From the human T2T-CHM13v2.0 reference genome, Homo sapiens: DNA of 64,000 nt. Below the pieces are notes generated by a model. It saw only the letters and a program-made list of their open reading frames with translations. It was not told the origin of the DNA and made no database searches. Shown here piece by piece: positions 28,261 to 42,800 of the stretch (its first letter is position 1; each line of letters opens with the position of its first letter). Both the position numbers and the translations under genes were made by a program. The stretch lies in the NCBI RefSeq assembly GCF_009914755.1, contig NC_060927.1; one strand, given 5' to 3'.

Positions 28261-29799
28261 AATAGTTATTTCTTTGCAATTCAATATTCAATAAGAGGAT
28301 GCATGGTTATGCCACACTTGAGGTAGTTCACTTTAGTTCTAACTTATATAATCCTATATTTGTGTTAGGCAATGTCTAGAAACTGGGAAAACTGGGAATG
28401 TTTGCTGTTCAATCAAAATTTTTAAACAACCATAAATATGGCATTGCTATAAAGTAACAGGAAAAATATGCTTCAAAAATAAATTAAGATCTTATATTCA
28501 AAAGTTAATATTAAACATCGTTCTTTCATTTAGATGGTAGGAAGAAGAAACACAAGTGATAGCATATATTGACAGATTTTTAATCACTATTTCTCTCATT
28601 TTCTGCCTATTTACTACAAAACGGCGATGGTTTTCCTTAAAAATAATATTACCTAAAAAAAACAACACATCCTGTCAAATAAAGGCAACTTCGAAGATTT
28701 CATTGATGTGATAGGTTAGCATTTGGAACTTAGACAATAAAATAAATGCAGATAATTAGGAACCGTATTAATGAAATGAAATTGCTTTCCACAGCGTCTG
28801 ATGTTTTAGGATTTCTTGTCCACAAATAGTCTGAAGCACTGCAGTTGCTCTCTGGGTACTAGTCAGAAAAGCCTTTGGGGCTGTGGATGGACCTGTGAGG
28901 CTATTATTTCTGGGCTTTGGCAGTAAGAAATACGATCTGTTTCCCAGGAAAAACACTGAAACCAGAAGACATGGTAATTCAGGGTTCAACCACAAGAAAA
29001 CAAAAAGTTCAGTTACACATAACTGCACTTTTCTAAGATAGAATCAATAGTAACATATTAACAACTAGATGTTAAAATAATATTTAATTTGGTTTGCCAG
29101 GGGAATTCTTAATAAATTCTGAATTATTTCATAATTTCTATATTCCTCAATGTCTTTATATGCATATCATGTAAAATAGAAAATTGTGGCTAAATATTTA
29201 ATTCCCCAAAGAATAGGAGAATAGATTCATGGGTCTTAAAAATATTACATTGAACATTTCAGAATATTTTGACAGACCTAAGAATATAATCTTTTTCAGT
29301 TCTTATACTGCAGCTCTAATGGAAGAACTTGCATGATGTTCTTAATAAAAATGCTGGCTGCCAAATTTACAAAAAATATTTATGTTAACAAATACATTGA
29401 TGTTTTAAAATTAATTGGTCTTAGATTTAGCTACATAAACACAGCAGTTTCAATGATGAAAAACATTCCATTCCTTTAATCTCTGCCTACATACTTGCTT
29501 AATGAGTGTATATGCGCTAATGCTCAACTGTGCAGATGTTCAGCTATGATTTTTGAATACTGAAAATATTTCCAAATTTATTTTTAATATTATCTTTAAA
29601 ACAAAAAAATATATATATATTGAGTCCCAGAATATGTTAACCAATTTCCAATATAAATTTAAATGTTACTTTTTTCTGCAAAATAAATGTCATGTTCTTG
29701 GATGGAAAGAATGGAAATTGGAAACAGATAATTTTACAGTATTAATTTGACAGAAGTTACAAAAAAGAAGATAAAATAGAAAATGAAATGCAACACCTT

Positions 29800-30760
29800 T
29801 ATTCATCTCATCTGTCTCTTTCTCATTACCCATCCACCAAGACACGAACAGCCTCAGTACAGAGAGAGAAATTGCTTGTTCATTTATTGTGAGAATCTTT
29901 TCCAGATAAGTGGCAATTTGCATCCACATGAGCAATGTATGGCAATGTCTCATCTGGCCTAATGCAGTATGCAATTTTGCACACGATGTCATGCTGACTT
30001 GAAGTAACTAGGATATATTGCTTGTGTAAGAAATATAATGCGTAGGGAAATATCACATTCATGTCTTCCAGCCCACAATTTTATTATGCCATGACAATCA
30101 AGAACACAGCAGATGCCACACCTGCAAATATTAGGAAGCTAATTGACCCACGAAATATCATCAGGAATTTTCATTCAGGCAACAAAAATAATAAAGTTCA
30201 CTTAGATTAGAGACAGCAAAAGTTTTATATAACTCTTAAACATGTACAAAGAAAATGATTTAATAACGGATGGGAGTATGCCTTAAAGACATTTTACTTT
30301 AAAATATAGTAAATATAAAAGAGGAGCAATGTACAATATTAAAACTTATCACTAATTATAGGTAATTCCTGGTATCCAGTAGGGATTTCTAAAATAATGC
30401 CATTTATTTTAAAATGCTCTTTTAAATTGTCAGAAAGCTTTTAAAATTATTTTTGACTAAAATCAAGAGGGAAATTTGACTGCAGTGGGAGTAATGTGTC
30501 TCTCCCTAACAGGAGCGATTTAAATCTGTGAAAAGTGAGGCCTGACAGGCATAAATTGGCTCCTGTCTTTTGATATTTAGAAGACGCATTAGCTCTCTTT
30601 TCTTGACAGAACACAGTATTCCATAGGTAGATTAGACCCCATCAAATGTCTATACTAATAACTTTTGTGATTGCCCATCTTTCCATTAGAGTGGCTACTT
30701 TTTCCATTGTTTTCTTTCTGTCATTTACTCCTGGGGTAGGGAGGGGAAGATTGGTCTGAT
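29800..30760. promoter_or_regulatory. Candidate conserved non-coding/enhancer block
   Basis: Repeat-free; TGACAG x2, ATAAAT, CTTTTGAT (TCF-like), CCATTGT (SOX) and E-boxes. Confidence 0.35.
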
Positions 30761-31420
30761 GAAATATAAGTATCCTATAAAGTTCTTTCCAGGAAATTAC
30801 GTTTATTTCAAAATTTTATTTTCTTTCCAGCATATTACATTTTATTTTCTTACAGACCACATCCATCTCAACCTCTGGAGTCCTTGATAAATACCAGCCT
30901 AGAAAGCAATGGAACTCAGGCATCACTTAGTGTCACAAATCCATGACCACTTGACATTTTGGCATCTTTGATTACTTTTAAAGCTATTGTAGGGGTAAAA
31001 TATCTTCTAGGATTTATGAAATAAATATCTAGAATTTTATAGAAAGCTCTAAATAAATAAATGTAAGAAAATATATGCTTATATTTTTAGTATGTGGTAA
31101 AGCAGAGGTGTTTTTAGTATGCAAATCATGCTTGAAATTAAAGAATAAATGTAAGCTCCATTTTAGGTCAAAGGATTCTCTTATCATATTGCTATATCCA
31201 TTGAGATTAAATTTCTTTCTTGACTTGCAAATGTTAGGTGACAGCTTTTTTTAATTCAAAACTGATTTCTTTCACTTTATGCTCTATGGGCTTTGATACA
31301 CAAAGAATAGCTTTTAAGTATGCTTCAAACTGCAAATTTTTACTTACATGTGTCATAAAATGTTCATTTTGTGTTTTCTTAAGAAGGCATATTAATAAAA
31401 AAAATTTTATATAAAAAATA

Positions 31421-31723
31421 GGCTGGGTGCAGTGGCTCATGCCTGTAATCCCAGCACTTTGAGAGGCCGGTGGATCACCTGAGGTCAGGAGTTTGAGACC
31501 AGCCTGGCCAACATGATGAAACCCCATCTCTACTAAAAAGACAAAAATTAGATGGGTGTGGTGGCAGGCACCTGTAATCCCAGCTACTCGGAAGGCTTGA
31601 GGCAGGAGAATCGCTTGAACCCAGCAGGCGGAGACTGCAGTGAGCCCAGATCGCGCCATTGCACTTTAGCCTGGGTGACAAAGGCGAAACTCCACCTCAA
31701 AAATAAAAATAAAATAAAATAAA
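31421..31723 (+). mobile_element. AluS
   Basis: Full dimer with (TAAAA)n tail. Confidence 0.95.
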
Positions 31724-32397
31724 CATATTCATTGGCACTGAAACATTTACTGGTACTGTCCAAAAATTCCAAGCTACAGCGTTTCATTTTTCCTTTAGTT
31801 AATTTATTTTCACACCTAAGCCACAGAAAGATGTCATTATGGTCAAGTAGAAAAAGATTTTGAAAAATTGCTTGTTTATAAATACAGAGTTTTGAAAACT
31901 ACTCTCATAGGAAGAGGCAACCACAATTTAATAGGGCAAACAGAAACACAATTCTCTTCAAATATTTGATTCTCTTCAAATATTTACAAATATATCAGTA
32001 AAAATGATAAATGATATAATTAATGTTTGGCAGTTTTTATTAATATAATCCTCAAAGAGGTGCATTTTTAATCCTTTTTTGCAACTTCAAATGCCACACA
32101 CATCCTATACTATAAATATTATGGTCTTTCAATTTGGGAAACAGAAAGTTTAACTATTAAACAATTAAATACTTTTTCCATAATTTGTCTCTTACTTTTG
32201 AAGTTTTGCCCTGTGACACACCCATACCCAACACCTGCCTTCCAACTTAACTTCAAAGAGATATTTCACATAAAAGCATGTGAAAAGAGGGAAAAAAATC
32301 TTGACACCCATACTTGTTTTAATCTCCACTTTTAATAAAAAAAAAGTATAAAAAGAACAAATTTAGATTTACTTTAATAGAAAACTGGGACAATAAA

Positions 32398-32403
<6 letters not shown>

Positions 32404-32432
<29 letters not shown>
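32404..32432. repeat. (CA)n
   Basis: Seen directly. Confidence 0.95.
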
Positions 32433-32435
<3 letters not shown>

Positions 32436-32445
32436 TGCTGCTCTC

Positions 32446-33833
32446 CTGATATTAGAATTCAGCAAAATAATGAAACATAGAAATTAATAGAAGAAATTCG
32501 ACTTTATGTAAGTGTGGTTATCTTTATTTATTCGACAGTTCATTTTCTCAATATTAAACTAATGAAATGATTCCTTACTATACCAATATCATGGAATCAA
32601 ATTTATTTTCAAATAAACCCAATTCCATTCTTTTCTATATGTTTGCAAAGAGATATTTAAATGCTTAAATCTCTTAGGCTGCATAATAAAAGAACTGAGT
32701 AAAATAGAATAGACCACACTGTCTTGGTACAAATACAGGCTCTGCCATTTAATAATTAAGTGATTGGGGTAAGTTAACTAATCATTTGAGGGTATTCTCC
32801 TGATCTACAAAATAGAAGAAAAAAAATTTTCTTATCTCAGAACACTGTTGTATGAAATAACAGAGTGGCTCTTTATGAAGCATTTATAACAGCACCTGAC
32901 ACTGAATACTCAATAAACATTAGATATGAGTATATTAGTTAGATAACTATGACTATTATCAGTGTATGTATATATACAACATATATATACATATATATAC
33001 AATATATATACACATATATTCAGTTTTTCAACAATTCATTCTCAATCATATACCACACTTATTTGTATGTGTGTCTGTCTGTATCATACCCAAAGGGTGT
33101 GAATCCATTCAGTAGGTTGAAGTTCACTTAGAAGAAATTCATAGGTGCTCATATAACTAATAGCAATACTAAAAGGAACATATAATCCATTTTACAAAGT
33201 TTTATACACCATAGCATTAATCCATTGTAATTATTCATGACAGGTACTACATCAGACAGTTTCTTACACTGGGATCAAATTCCATTTCTTTCTTCTGGCT
33301 ATTAAGACTATCCCTGGCAAAGATGTAACTAGGGGAGAAAAATTCCCAAACGTCAATATGTCATTCTCTACTCCAGTTGCATTTATGTCCATTAGGAATT
33401 GGGGCTGGATAAATAAGCCGCAAAAGTAGCTCAGAATTCCATGCTCTCAGTAAAGGTTGGAGTGAACGAAAAAATGGCAAGAATCATCCAAGAGAACTCA
33501 AGTCCTCTGCGTTTGTCTGTGTGTATGTATATGTATACGTATACATATGTATATATGTATATATATATGTATATGTATATATATGCATATATGTATATGT
33601 ATATATGTGTGTATATATATGTATAGGTATATATGTATACATTTGCTGATATTGGAATTCAGCAAAATAATGAAACATAGAAATTAAGAGAAGAAATTCT
33701 ACTTCAAGTGTGGTTATCTTTATTTATTCAACAGTTCATTTTCTCAATTGTTAAACTAATGAAATGATTCCTTACTATACCAATATCATGGAATCAAATT
33801 TGTTTACAAATAAACCCAATTCTATTCTTTTCT
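32446..33833 (+). repeat. Direct duplication of about 190 bp unique DNA: 32446-32636 and 33646-33833
   Basis: Copies align end to end at over 90% identity by eye. Confidence 0.93.
33516..33642. repeat. (TG/TA)n degenerate microsatellite
   Basis: Seen directly. Confidence 0.9.
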
Positions 33834-34206
33834 GTTGGTGGGTAACTTACTATAACACCAATAATAAAGTCATATTTACTTGGGGTCTTATTTCTAAATA
33901 ATTTCCTAAGTTGCTTCTACCATATTTAAAAGTAATTAAAACATAAAGATGCTGCAGGAATAATATAGAAACACCAGAAATATTAAATTTTGAGAGATTA
34001 CACCTTTATCATTAATTATTAATTGAACTGCCTGACATACTTCTTCCTAAGGAGCTCTTCTAAAAGGTTATTATTATTTCTGCTTTCACAGTGTACTTCT
34101 AAAATCTAAGACTACGCTGGGATACTGAGAGGCTTGTGAGTGGGGGTCCAGGACTAAGGGAGAGAGAAAGAGAAAGATTATCTCCAACATTACAACTCTG
34201 CTGATG

Positions 34207-34480
34207 GGATTGGGTGCAGTGGCTCATGCCTATAATCTCAGTACTTTGGGAGGCCAAGATGGGAGGATCACTTGAGCTCAGGAGTTCAAGATTAGCCTTT
34301 GCAACATAGAGGGACCCTAAATTAGCCAGACGTGGTAGTATGCACCTATAGTCCCAGCTACTCAGGAGGCTAAGGTGGGAGGGTGGCTTTAGCTAGGGAG
34401 ATGGAGGCTGCAGTGAGCTGTGATAGTGCCATTGTACTACAGTTTGGATGACAGAGCAAGACAAACACACACACACAAAA
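34207..34480 (+). mobile_element. AluJ with (CA)n-converted tail
   Basis: Diverged Alu, TSD-like aactctgctgatg/aactctactgttg. Confidence 0.88.
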
Positions 34481-34579
34481 ACTCTACTGTTGATATCAAA
34501 TACTAAACAAACTGATAGATGACTATACCTGGAAAAAATGTGTATATATACACATTCACATATAATAATATAATTAAGC

Positions 34580-34790
34580 ACTCACTATAAACAAGGTGCT
34601 ATATTTCATACTTAAATGTGCTTTAATATTCACAATAAATCTTTAAAGGAAGTACGATTACTCATTTTTTGATGAAGAGATGAAGCCTCAGTGAAGTAAC
34701 TTGCTAACATTAAAACAATCATTAAGTGGCGGGGGCAGGATTTGGATCTAAGTACGTCTGACTTTAAAGCCAGTGTTTAAACCACTATGA
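34580..34790 (-). mobile_element. MIR
   Basis: gatgaagagatgaagcctcagtgaagtaacttgc...gcaggatttggatc...tctgactttaaagcc. Confidence 0.7.
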
Positions 34791-35109
34791 CAGATTGTCT
34801 TCTGCAGCTAACAGCATGACTGTCAAGGTGAGGTATGATGGTAGAGCATACAAAACAACATAACTCTAATCAAAGTCTAAGAATGTTATAAATGTGAATA
34901 CTTTTTTGTTGTTTTTCATTTTTGTTTTATATATATTGCTATTGCTAACAACATTCTTATTTCAGAATCCTATGATTTTTCCTGCCATATTAGACTTTCT
35001 CTAACATTTATTATGAACAGACCAGCTGTCCTCCATCTCTCATAAAACAGCTTCTAATTCACACGGAATCGTGTGCCCCAAACTCCTCTCTCCTGTCTTC
35101 TTTAAAAAG

Positions 35110-35345
35110 CATATGTCACAGCTGCATTTCAACTAGGCTCAAGTAGTGCCTCATCTGTGAGCCACCTCAATGGACAACTAACATTTTGAAGTGCACACAA
35201 AATGGGACCAATGGTGCCTTACTGTTAATTAAAACCATCCTGACAGCCACTGACTTGGCCTTTATGATGCAGCTTCTCTCCATGTTTGCCCAGTTAAGTA
35301 AACATGTCTGCACCTGTAAGCTGTCTTATGATGAATCAAATGTGA
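35110..35345. promoter_or_regulatory. Candidate enhancer
   Basis: E-boxes, TTAATTAA, TGACAG, TTTATGA (posterior HOX), AAACATGTCT (p53/p63 half-site). Confidence 0.3.
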
Positions 35346-35488
35346 AAACTGAAGGGATCCTTAAAAATCAGGAGGTTTAGACTCATTTTTCTTAAGATAA
35401 GCAACTCTCCTGGACCAAATATGTATGAGTACATGTAGTACATCATTATTCTAACAAAGGAACATTAAACATTCTGATACTTTAAAAG

Positions 35489-36128
35489 CAGTTGTTCTCA
35501 AATGGTTTGATGTCAAGACAGTTTTGCACTCTTGACAATTATGAGGACCCCAAAGTTCTTTTACTTAATTATATTGATATTTAGCCTGTTTGAAATTAAA
35601 ATGTAGAAAAATGTAAATACTTATTGATATACTGTAAAATAAAAATAACTCCATTACATGTTAACGTAAGTAACACTTCCATGAAAAATAACTGTATTTT
35701 CCAAGACATAAATTTTTTGAAAAAAAAGACATTGTTTTACATTTTTGCAAATTTATTTAAATGTCTTGTTTAATGAGTAGACAGATTCTTCTATCTACTT
35801 CCTTATTCTGTCTGTTACAACTTGTTTTGTTTAAATGTATGAAGACTATTCAGCTTCATAAAGACATCGAGTTGGGAAAGGGAGAAGTATTTGCATAGCC
35901 TGTTCATATAATTTGGATTTTCTCCTTTCATACTACACTAACACTCAACATGTGGTAGATTTTTAAAGGTTAGTGTCAAAATGAAATCTAAAACCACATC
36001 ACTCAACATTTTGCAATGTTATGTTAAAATCTACTGTTCTGTGTTGAACTTTGAATAGGTCCTTTACCCATGCATGATTTTGACCTTGTTGGCCCCTGAA
36101 AAGATCTCTTAAAAACAATGAGAATCAC
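35489..36128. mobile_element. Charlie1-type hAT DNA transposon, internally deleted
   Basis: cagttgttctcaaa...gaggaccccaaag... left end and ...cccctgaaaagatctc...tgagaatcac right end. Confidence 0.75.
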
Positions 36129-39100
36129 AAAAAAACAAAACAACAACAACAAAAAAAACAACCACCTCTGAAAATACTATGAATGAATCTAGCACAGTGA
36201 CAAGGGAAGATGTGGAATTATACAAGTAATTTGCAGAAAGGTTCAAGGTCTTGGCTAGTTCATACTAGCATTGTGCAAATTAGAAAAGAGCCCCTCCTTG
36301 AGATTTTGAGATTCCGCCTTTCAAATCTGACTCAGGGATGTACAGTGAGTTGGACTATAACCTTCATTTATTCCCTTGACCAGATGACCTTTTGCAGTGA
36401 ACAAACTACCAACTATATGTGGTAGTCCTAGTTACATTTGATAAACAAGGGATGGCAATTCACATGAAAAAGAAATATTACACTCATGAGTCATAACAGT
36501 CTGATATAATTTACGTCATTTTCTAATTTTCATTCCTTCACTTCAGAAGTGTATCCATGACAAGTTTGACAGTAAAAATCATGGTCAATAGAAAGTAATA
36601 TCAGGTCTTGGCTGAGTGTCTTCATTTCACAACATGTGAATTATATGGGAAAACAGAAGGTACATTAAGAAAAACATGAAAAGAGAAGAAAATCTATTTT
36701 TAAATCTTAATATGAAGAAAAATTTTTAAAGTGAATAACTCCCTTCAGTTAAGAAGGATAACAATAAAATTTCTAAGCATTTTGACTTTATTTCCTAATG
36801 GAAAGACGCTGTATGCCGCCCAAAGTATCATTCATGGAAATACAATGGAATATGAATGAGATTCTAAAATAGTAAATTGTATAAAAAACAAAATAATTAT
36901 AAACTGACATTGTTATGTATTTCTCTAAAACTTGAAGTCACTCATTTTAACTGGCCTGCATCAACTAAAGAACATATCAAAGAAGAAATATATATTTATA
37001 ACTGAATTAACATTCAACAAAAAAATCTATTTATATTTCATTGCTCTTTTAATTATCCAGCATCCTGCAACGATTCCCAGACTCACAACACTCCCTTATT
37101 CAATTTATTTGTACTTAGTTACAATACAAATCTAATTTTTTACCAACATAACCTACCATCAAGAAAACCAGCTATTTCCCACTATATCTGGTGACCAGAG
37201 GGCACAATTCCAAAACTAAGGAACTGCTAATCATCAAGGTCTTTTAGAGACTTGTGCGTTGCGGTAAATATGCAATTTTGTAAAACATAGGGTTCATAAA
37301 TGATGACTCATATGTACTGGAGATTACCAATCAGTCTGAGTAGCCATTTAAAATGAATATATTAAAAGCTGGTTATAGAAAAATTACTGTATTTGGCACT
37401 AATTGTGGTTCTTTTTCCTTTACCACTTTCTGTGCTCATTAGAATCATATGCTATGCGAATTCCTCCCTTTTGGAGAAATAGACACTATTGCATTCCTTA
37501 TAGCATTAGTTTACCTCGGCTTTCTTCTAAACCAAACTGCTACAGCCATTAAAAAGTATAGTAATACAGCAGCAGTGGTAAGCACAGTTTTTACTCCACA
37601 GATGAAAAGCACACATGGGCTGTGTAGCACATTAATCTGTACTCTAGAGATTCCTAGAAACCTTTCTAATAGTTTAGTCTTTAGTCTTTTTAACAGGCCT
37701 TAGTCTAACAGACTTTGTCCACCTTTCAATATAGATACAATGAAAACTAAAATGCATTCCATACTCTACTGTAAAAATTCTGTTTTAAAGTTATACTGAT
37801 AAAAGCACTAAAAACAACTAGAATGAATAAAAAATATGAACATTAAGTTTGAAGCAACTTAAAGATTACCTTTAATTACAAAAAGGATTTAAATTACAGG
37901 CATACAGATGGTGAGGCAGAATGAAAATATGATTATGTTTCATGTCTCTTTTAATAATGGTGACTTATGGAGCTCTCCATTGCGGAAATAATGTTTAGCA
38001 TGAGTATTTCTATTTATCTAAAGTTGCCTACGCCCTGCGAGAGTCAAACTCCAGTTGGCCTACATATATTAGAAATATCAAAGATATTCTTCTTTAAACA
38101 GAAAAAAAAATTCACATTAAATTTAAAATTGTTACAAAATAAAAACAAAAATTGCATATATATACAATAATAATTTTTATGTCCACATCAAGTATTATGT
38201 CATAATTTTCCTATTGTTTAGAAGTATGTATTTAGTTGGTCAGAAAGGAATATGTAGCCAATGTGAGTCTTCTACTGTTAATAGCATGAGAGTCTTGCCC
38301 AAGAGTTGCAAACACAAAGGTTATTTTTCTGGGGGTAAAAGGAATATACATTAAACTCGATGACGTGTTTCAAGCATAACAAGCATCTTTTATCTAACTA
38401 CATTTTTGCAAGAAACCTTCTGATTATAATTTGATTTCCTGGCAACAAAATAATTTATTTGTGGTGGTGAATATTTTGGTTTCCTAATAAATAAATCATC
38501 AACCTGAAAACTAATCAATTACTATTTTTATTTCATTTTTCTTTTGAAAAAAGTAATCACTTGATATTTATGTACATGATGTCAAAGATAAAAGAGCAAT
38601 TCCAAGAGAAAAATCTAGGGAAAAAAGTCTTTTTTTTACACCACCAGTGTATTTTAGTAAAACAGTTATTTAATTTTATGATCATGAATTATGCAACTGA
38701 AATGATATAAAAGATAATTTTAATAACCATGAATATTTTTGCTGATTAACTGTTTGGTATCCTAAATTGATTCTAATATCTCCAGCTATAAAAATCAATG
38801 ATGCTGTAATAAAAGAATGAAATTATTCAACCCTGAAATTCTTCAAAATTTAATTAATGTAAAGTCAGACCTCCGTAGACACATTTCATAAAGACATTAA
38901 GAAGATGAATATGGGTATTAAAATATTCCTGAATCTTAACATTATATTACTTAAGGATAAAGGATTTCTTTATTTTGAATGCAAGAACAAATGATGGATA
39001 ATAATTTTGCAGCTGAAAATGAATAATCTTCAATATATAAAATACTTAGCAGTATATGTTTCTTAAGGATCCTGCGTGTTCCTATAAAATAAAGCTGCTG

Positions 39101-39687
39101 TTAAATTCACATTTCAAGCCACTTTATAAATTCATCTTTTATATACATAACAGAGGCAAACGTCCAGAAAGTTTTGTGTTTGTTTTTATTTAGTTTCTGT
39201 AACTTTTTTACTGTTCCATACAAAATTACTTCAAATCATACTTAGGCTCACCCGAGGACTGGCAAATTTGTGGAAACAGGAGAAAACGTGGGAATGTTTT
39301 ACTATTTCTAATCCTACTAATACCAAATCTGATTCAACTCCTAGAAGGGATCAATGATAATATGAAATGTCATCAGGTAATTCGTAACAGTTAACCAGAA
39401 TCAAATATTAGGGCAATCTTGTAGAAAACTCCAAAGTGGATAAAGAGGATTAGGATGGAGAGAAATGAGAAAAAGAGAGAAACGGCAAATGACGGGATAT
39501 GACCGTGGTCTACATAAATGACCCTCTCAAGTCAACTAAGCAAATGTTTTTACAATGATTTGCTCAAATGCTCGGCAAATATTTTACATATTACTTTGGG
39601 TACAACATTCTCTCCATTGCATTAAAGATCAGTTTTGAAAGGCGTAATGACATATGCAAAAAGCAATGTTAAAGTATATTTTCTAGA

Positions 39688-39877
39688 GTAGAGGTTCTCA
39701 GTGTGTGTTCTCTGAACCAGCTACATGGGCAATACTTGGGAACTTGTTAGAAATACAAATTAACAGGTCCCATCCCACATCTGCTAAATCAGAAGATCTG
39801 GGAGTGAGGCCTAGCAATCTAGGTTTTAAGAAAACATCTAGATGATTCTGAAACGCACTAAAGTTTAAGGGCTGCTG
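39688..39877. mobile_element. MER5A
   Basis: ggttctca...gggaacttgttagaaatacaaat...gatgattctga...cactaaagttt. Confidence 0.85.
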
Positions 39878-42800
39878 TTCTAGACTTCAAGAAAACAGGG
39901 TTTGGGGTAATTATACCCTGAGGAGAAAATTAAGTCAAAGAGATCATTGAGTTTGTCACAGCACTAAATAATGCCAACTGTTCCAATAATGTGTAAGTAA
40001 CAGAAGTTTACAATGAGAAAACATGGAACCACAGACATGAAAGAACCTAAAGGAAATAATAGATAATTGCATCCATACTTTGAGAAGCTCCAAAATCCAA
40101 TCTATGGCAAATAATTGTGATATTCACATCTGTAGTTTTTAAATTCACTTTTGTAGAGCATAGTTACCTAAATGCTTTTATGGAAGTAATGTATGGAGAA
40201 TTCAGGCCATGAAATTTATTAAAATGAATTTGAGTGGTTAAGTTTTAAAAAGCAGAGCATCTAATTCTTGCAAACATGGATTTCATGTACGTGCTGAACC
40301 CCCAAACTCTTTCATTCAGAGTTACTTTGTGACTAGTCCTACCTCTTTTATAGATATGAACTGTATTCGTGAAATTGTCTGTGCAATACTTGGACAGGAG
40401 AAATGGAAATAATGTCCGTTGTGCTGTTGGAAACTGCTGATCCTGATCCTACTGAGTAAGGTGTCATGCACTAGTAACCCGACCTTTAACCTGAACTTGC
40501 CTTTGGGGAATTTTGAGAAGCACTAAATCAATTGATATGGTCATTGCAATTGAAGGACTTGTCAAATTTTTTCCAGTTTTCAAAGGGGGTAATTGGAATC
40601 TAAAATGGCCTGTAAACTACACAGAACTACAGTTTTCAATATACACAGAATCTAACAACATTTCATTTCTTCTTTATATTCTATAACGCAAAGCAGGCAA
40701 AACTATTAAACACCACTTCCCAAGGAAAGGCTGAGATAGTCCGCTATTTTGATTCCAATACATGTCCAGTGAGTCTTTCTTTAGTATAAGAAATGAAACA
40801 TACTGTAGTTTAAACAAGAGAGAAGAAATATTTTTTAAAATGAAATTTAACAAAAATATTTTGATGGTAATGAACTAATAATTCCCCCAATAACTTCGTA
40901 AGTCTGGAGAATATGCAACACAGGGAAGAAAGTTCCCTTACACAGCTTAAAGAAAAAATACTTTATAGATGAGCCTAAAGATAATATTGATTTTACAGTT
41001 AAAAAACAGTTAAATTAAGCAGAATGATTTTAATTACAAATACTGGAATATACATACATATTTTTCATCTGTTTATGCTGTGCCACGAGCTGCATTTTTA
41101 TACTGGACAGAAAGAGAGCATGGTTTTTAACATCAATATATGTTTTAAATTATACTAATAAGCAACATATCAGCTGCGAGGTGAGACTACATTGAAAAAG
41201 ATGGCTTCGGCTTACAGAAAATACCAGCTGTCTCCACTCCGTGAAGACAGATTACCACCTGTCCTGTTATCTTCCATACACAATACAAGGCACGTTGGCC
41301 ATTTTAACCAGGATAACTGTACCCATATGTCCTTTAATTCTGGTCTGCATGCTGCCTACCATTAAATATTCGTAATGGATTATTGTAAACAGGAGATTAG
41401 CATGGGAGACAGGGTGTTAAAGCTGAGTCTCAGCCTCTGTTTTATTAAACTTCCTTCCTTGTTCTTGAAACCTTGCACAAGCTATAGTATTTGTGATAAT
41501 ATCATCAATTTTAGCTAAATAGTGAAGCATCCATGTGCAAATAGAAAACTGTGAGTTTATTTTCAAAGCCGTAGAAAGTTCAGGCTGTATGTCACAATAA
41601 ATTAAAACCTAGGTTACCCTTTTTAAAAAACATTAATTTTCAAATGATCACATACATAATCTGTGAGTAAACATCAGATGTTTAACAAAAAGAATGTTAT
41701 CTTTAGTTTGAAGAATAAAAATGTAGAATTGTGTATGAGTCACAAGAAGTGTTTCTGCTGGTTACTGCCCTCTTGAACGTCCAATTTTCTCCTCCTCACT
41801 TAAACAAAACAATTATATTGTTGAATGCACTCAACAGAAATAGTATATGCAAAGAAGCACAGATTTTTTGATATGATTTTTTGTTACGACAGCTGAAAAA
41901 TGTTACCTTTATTTGAAAAATAAAATGTATATTTACCATTATATCAGTTCTTTGACTAACTTTCCAGCCAACAAATGGAGATGGTTAAATAAATGTGCAT
42001 TTCTACGATGGAATAAATGGAGTAGAAATGTGCATCATATTCAAATGAATTTATATACTTGGCCAGCCTAATATGTCACCAATAGTATGTAGAATATGGA
42101 TGATGAGATAGTGAATTCTGTTTTGGTGACAGTAGGGCTAACCCAGCTAAATAGAAATCAAACCCAAAATTGTGGCCCTTTTATATTTACATTATGTATC
42201 GCAGTCAACTGAGCAAGGGACGTAACAAGAGATTTACCAGTGCCTCTTTTGCTTAGTTTTCAATTGTTAAAATGTCAAGCCAATATAAATTAATCCAAAA
42301 GATTAATAATCTAGAGCAATGAGAAATCATTTATTTAAAAAAGAGTAAAAAAAATATTTAAAATTCCATTGATTCATTTTGGATTAACTAGAAAGAGAAA
42401 AATAATTTCAAATATAATCTCTCCTTTGTAAATAGTAATAAATTCCAGTCCTCACAAAGGAAAATAATAGACTGATGTTTGCAGATGTATTAATATATTG
42501 TCTTACGGTGTTACGTGTATTACTGAAACATTTTATTTTTTTTCAACTTGTGAAATGTTAGAGTTTCTGATTAAACTCTGAAATAAAAAGAATAAAGAGA
42601 AGCAAGTAGAGATTAAAGAAACACATTACAAAAGCTTTCTTGATTTACAAAACTTTTCTTAAAGGAAAGCAGAAAGCTATTATAATGGTTAAAGACAGAG
42701 CCCTTTTATGTGTGCACATGGGAAGTACTTCTAGAGAGGGTCGTATTTCCCTAGGCTAGAGACCAAGAAAACTTCACGGCCCCAGGCCTTGAGTTTTGTA

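Noticed and set aside
33441-33678. Y/M/I/T-rich ORFs
   Set aside because: Microsatellite translation.
41216-41362. WD40-like (IKGHMGTV) and CUB-like (YCVWKIT) peptides in alternative minus frames
   Set aside because: Isolated short resemblances, interrupted by stops, with no supporting neighbouring exons.
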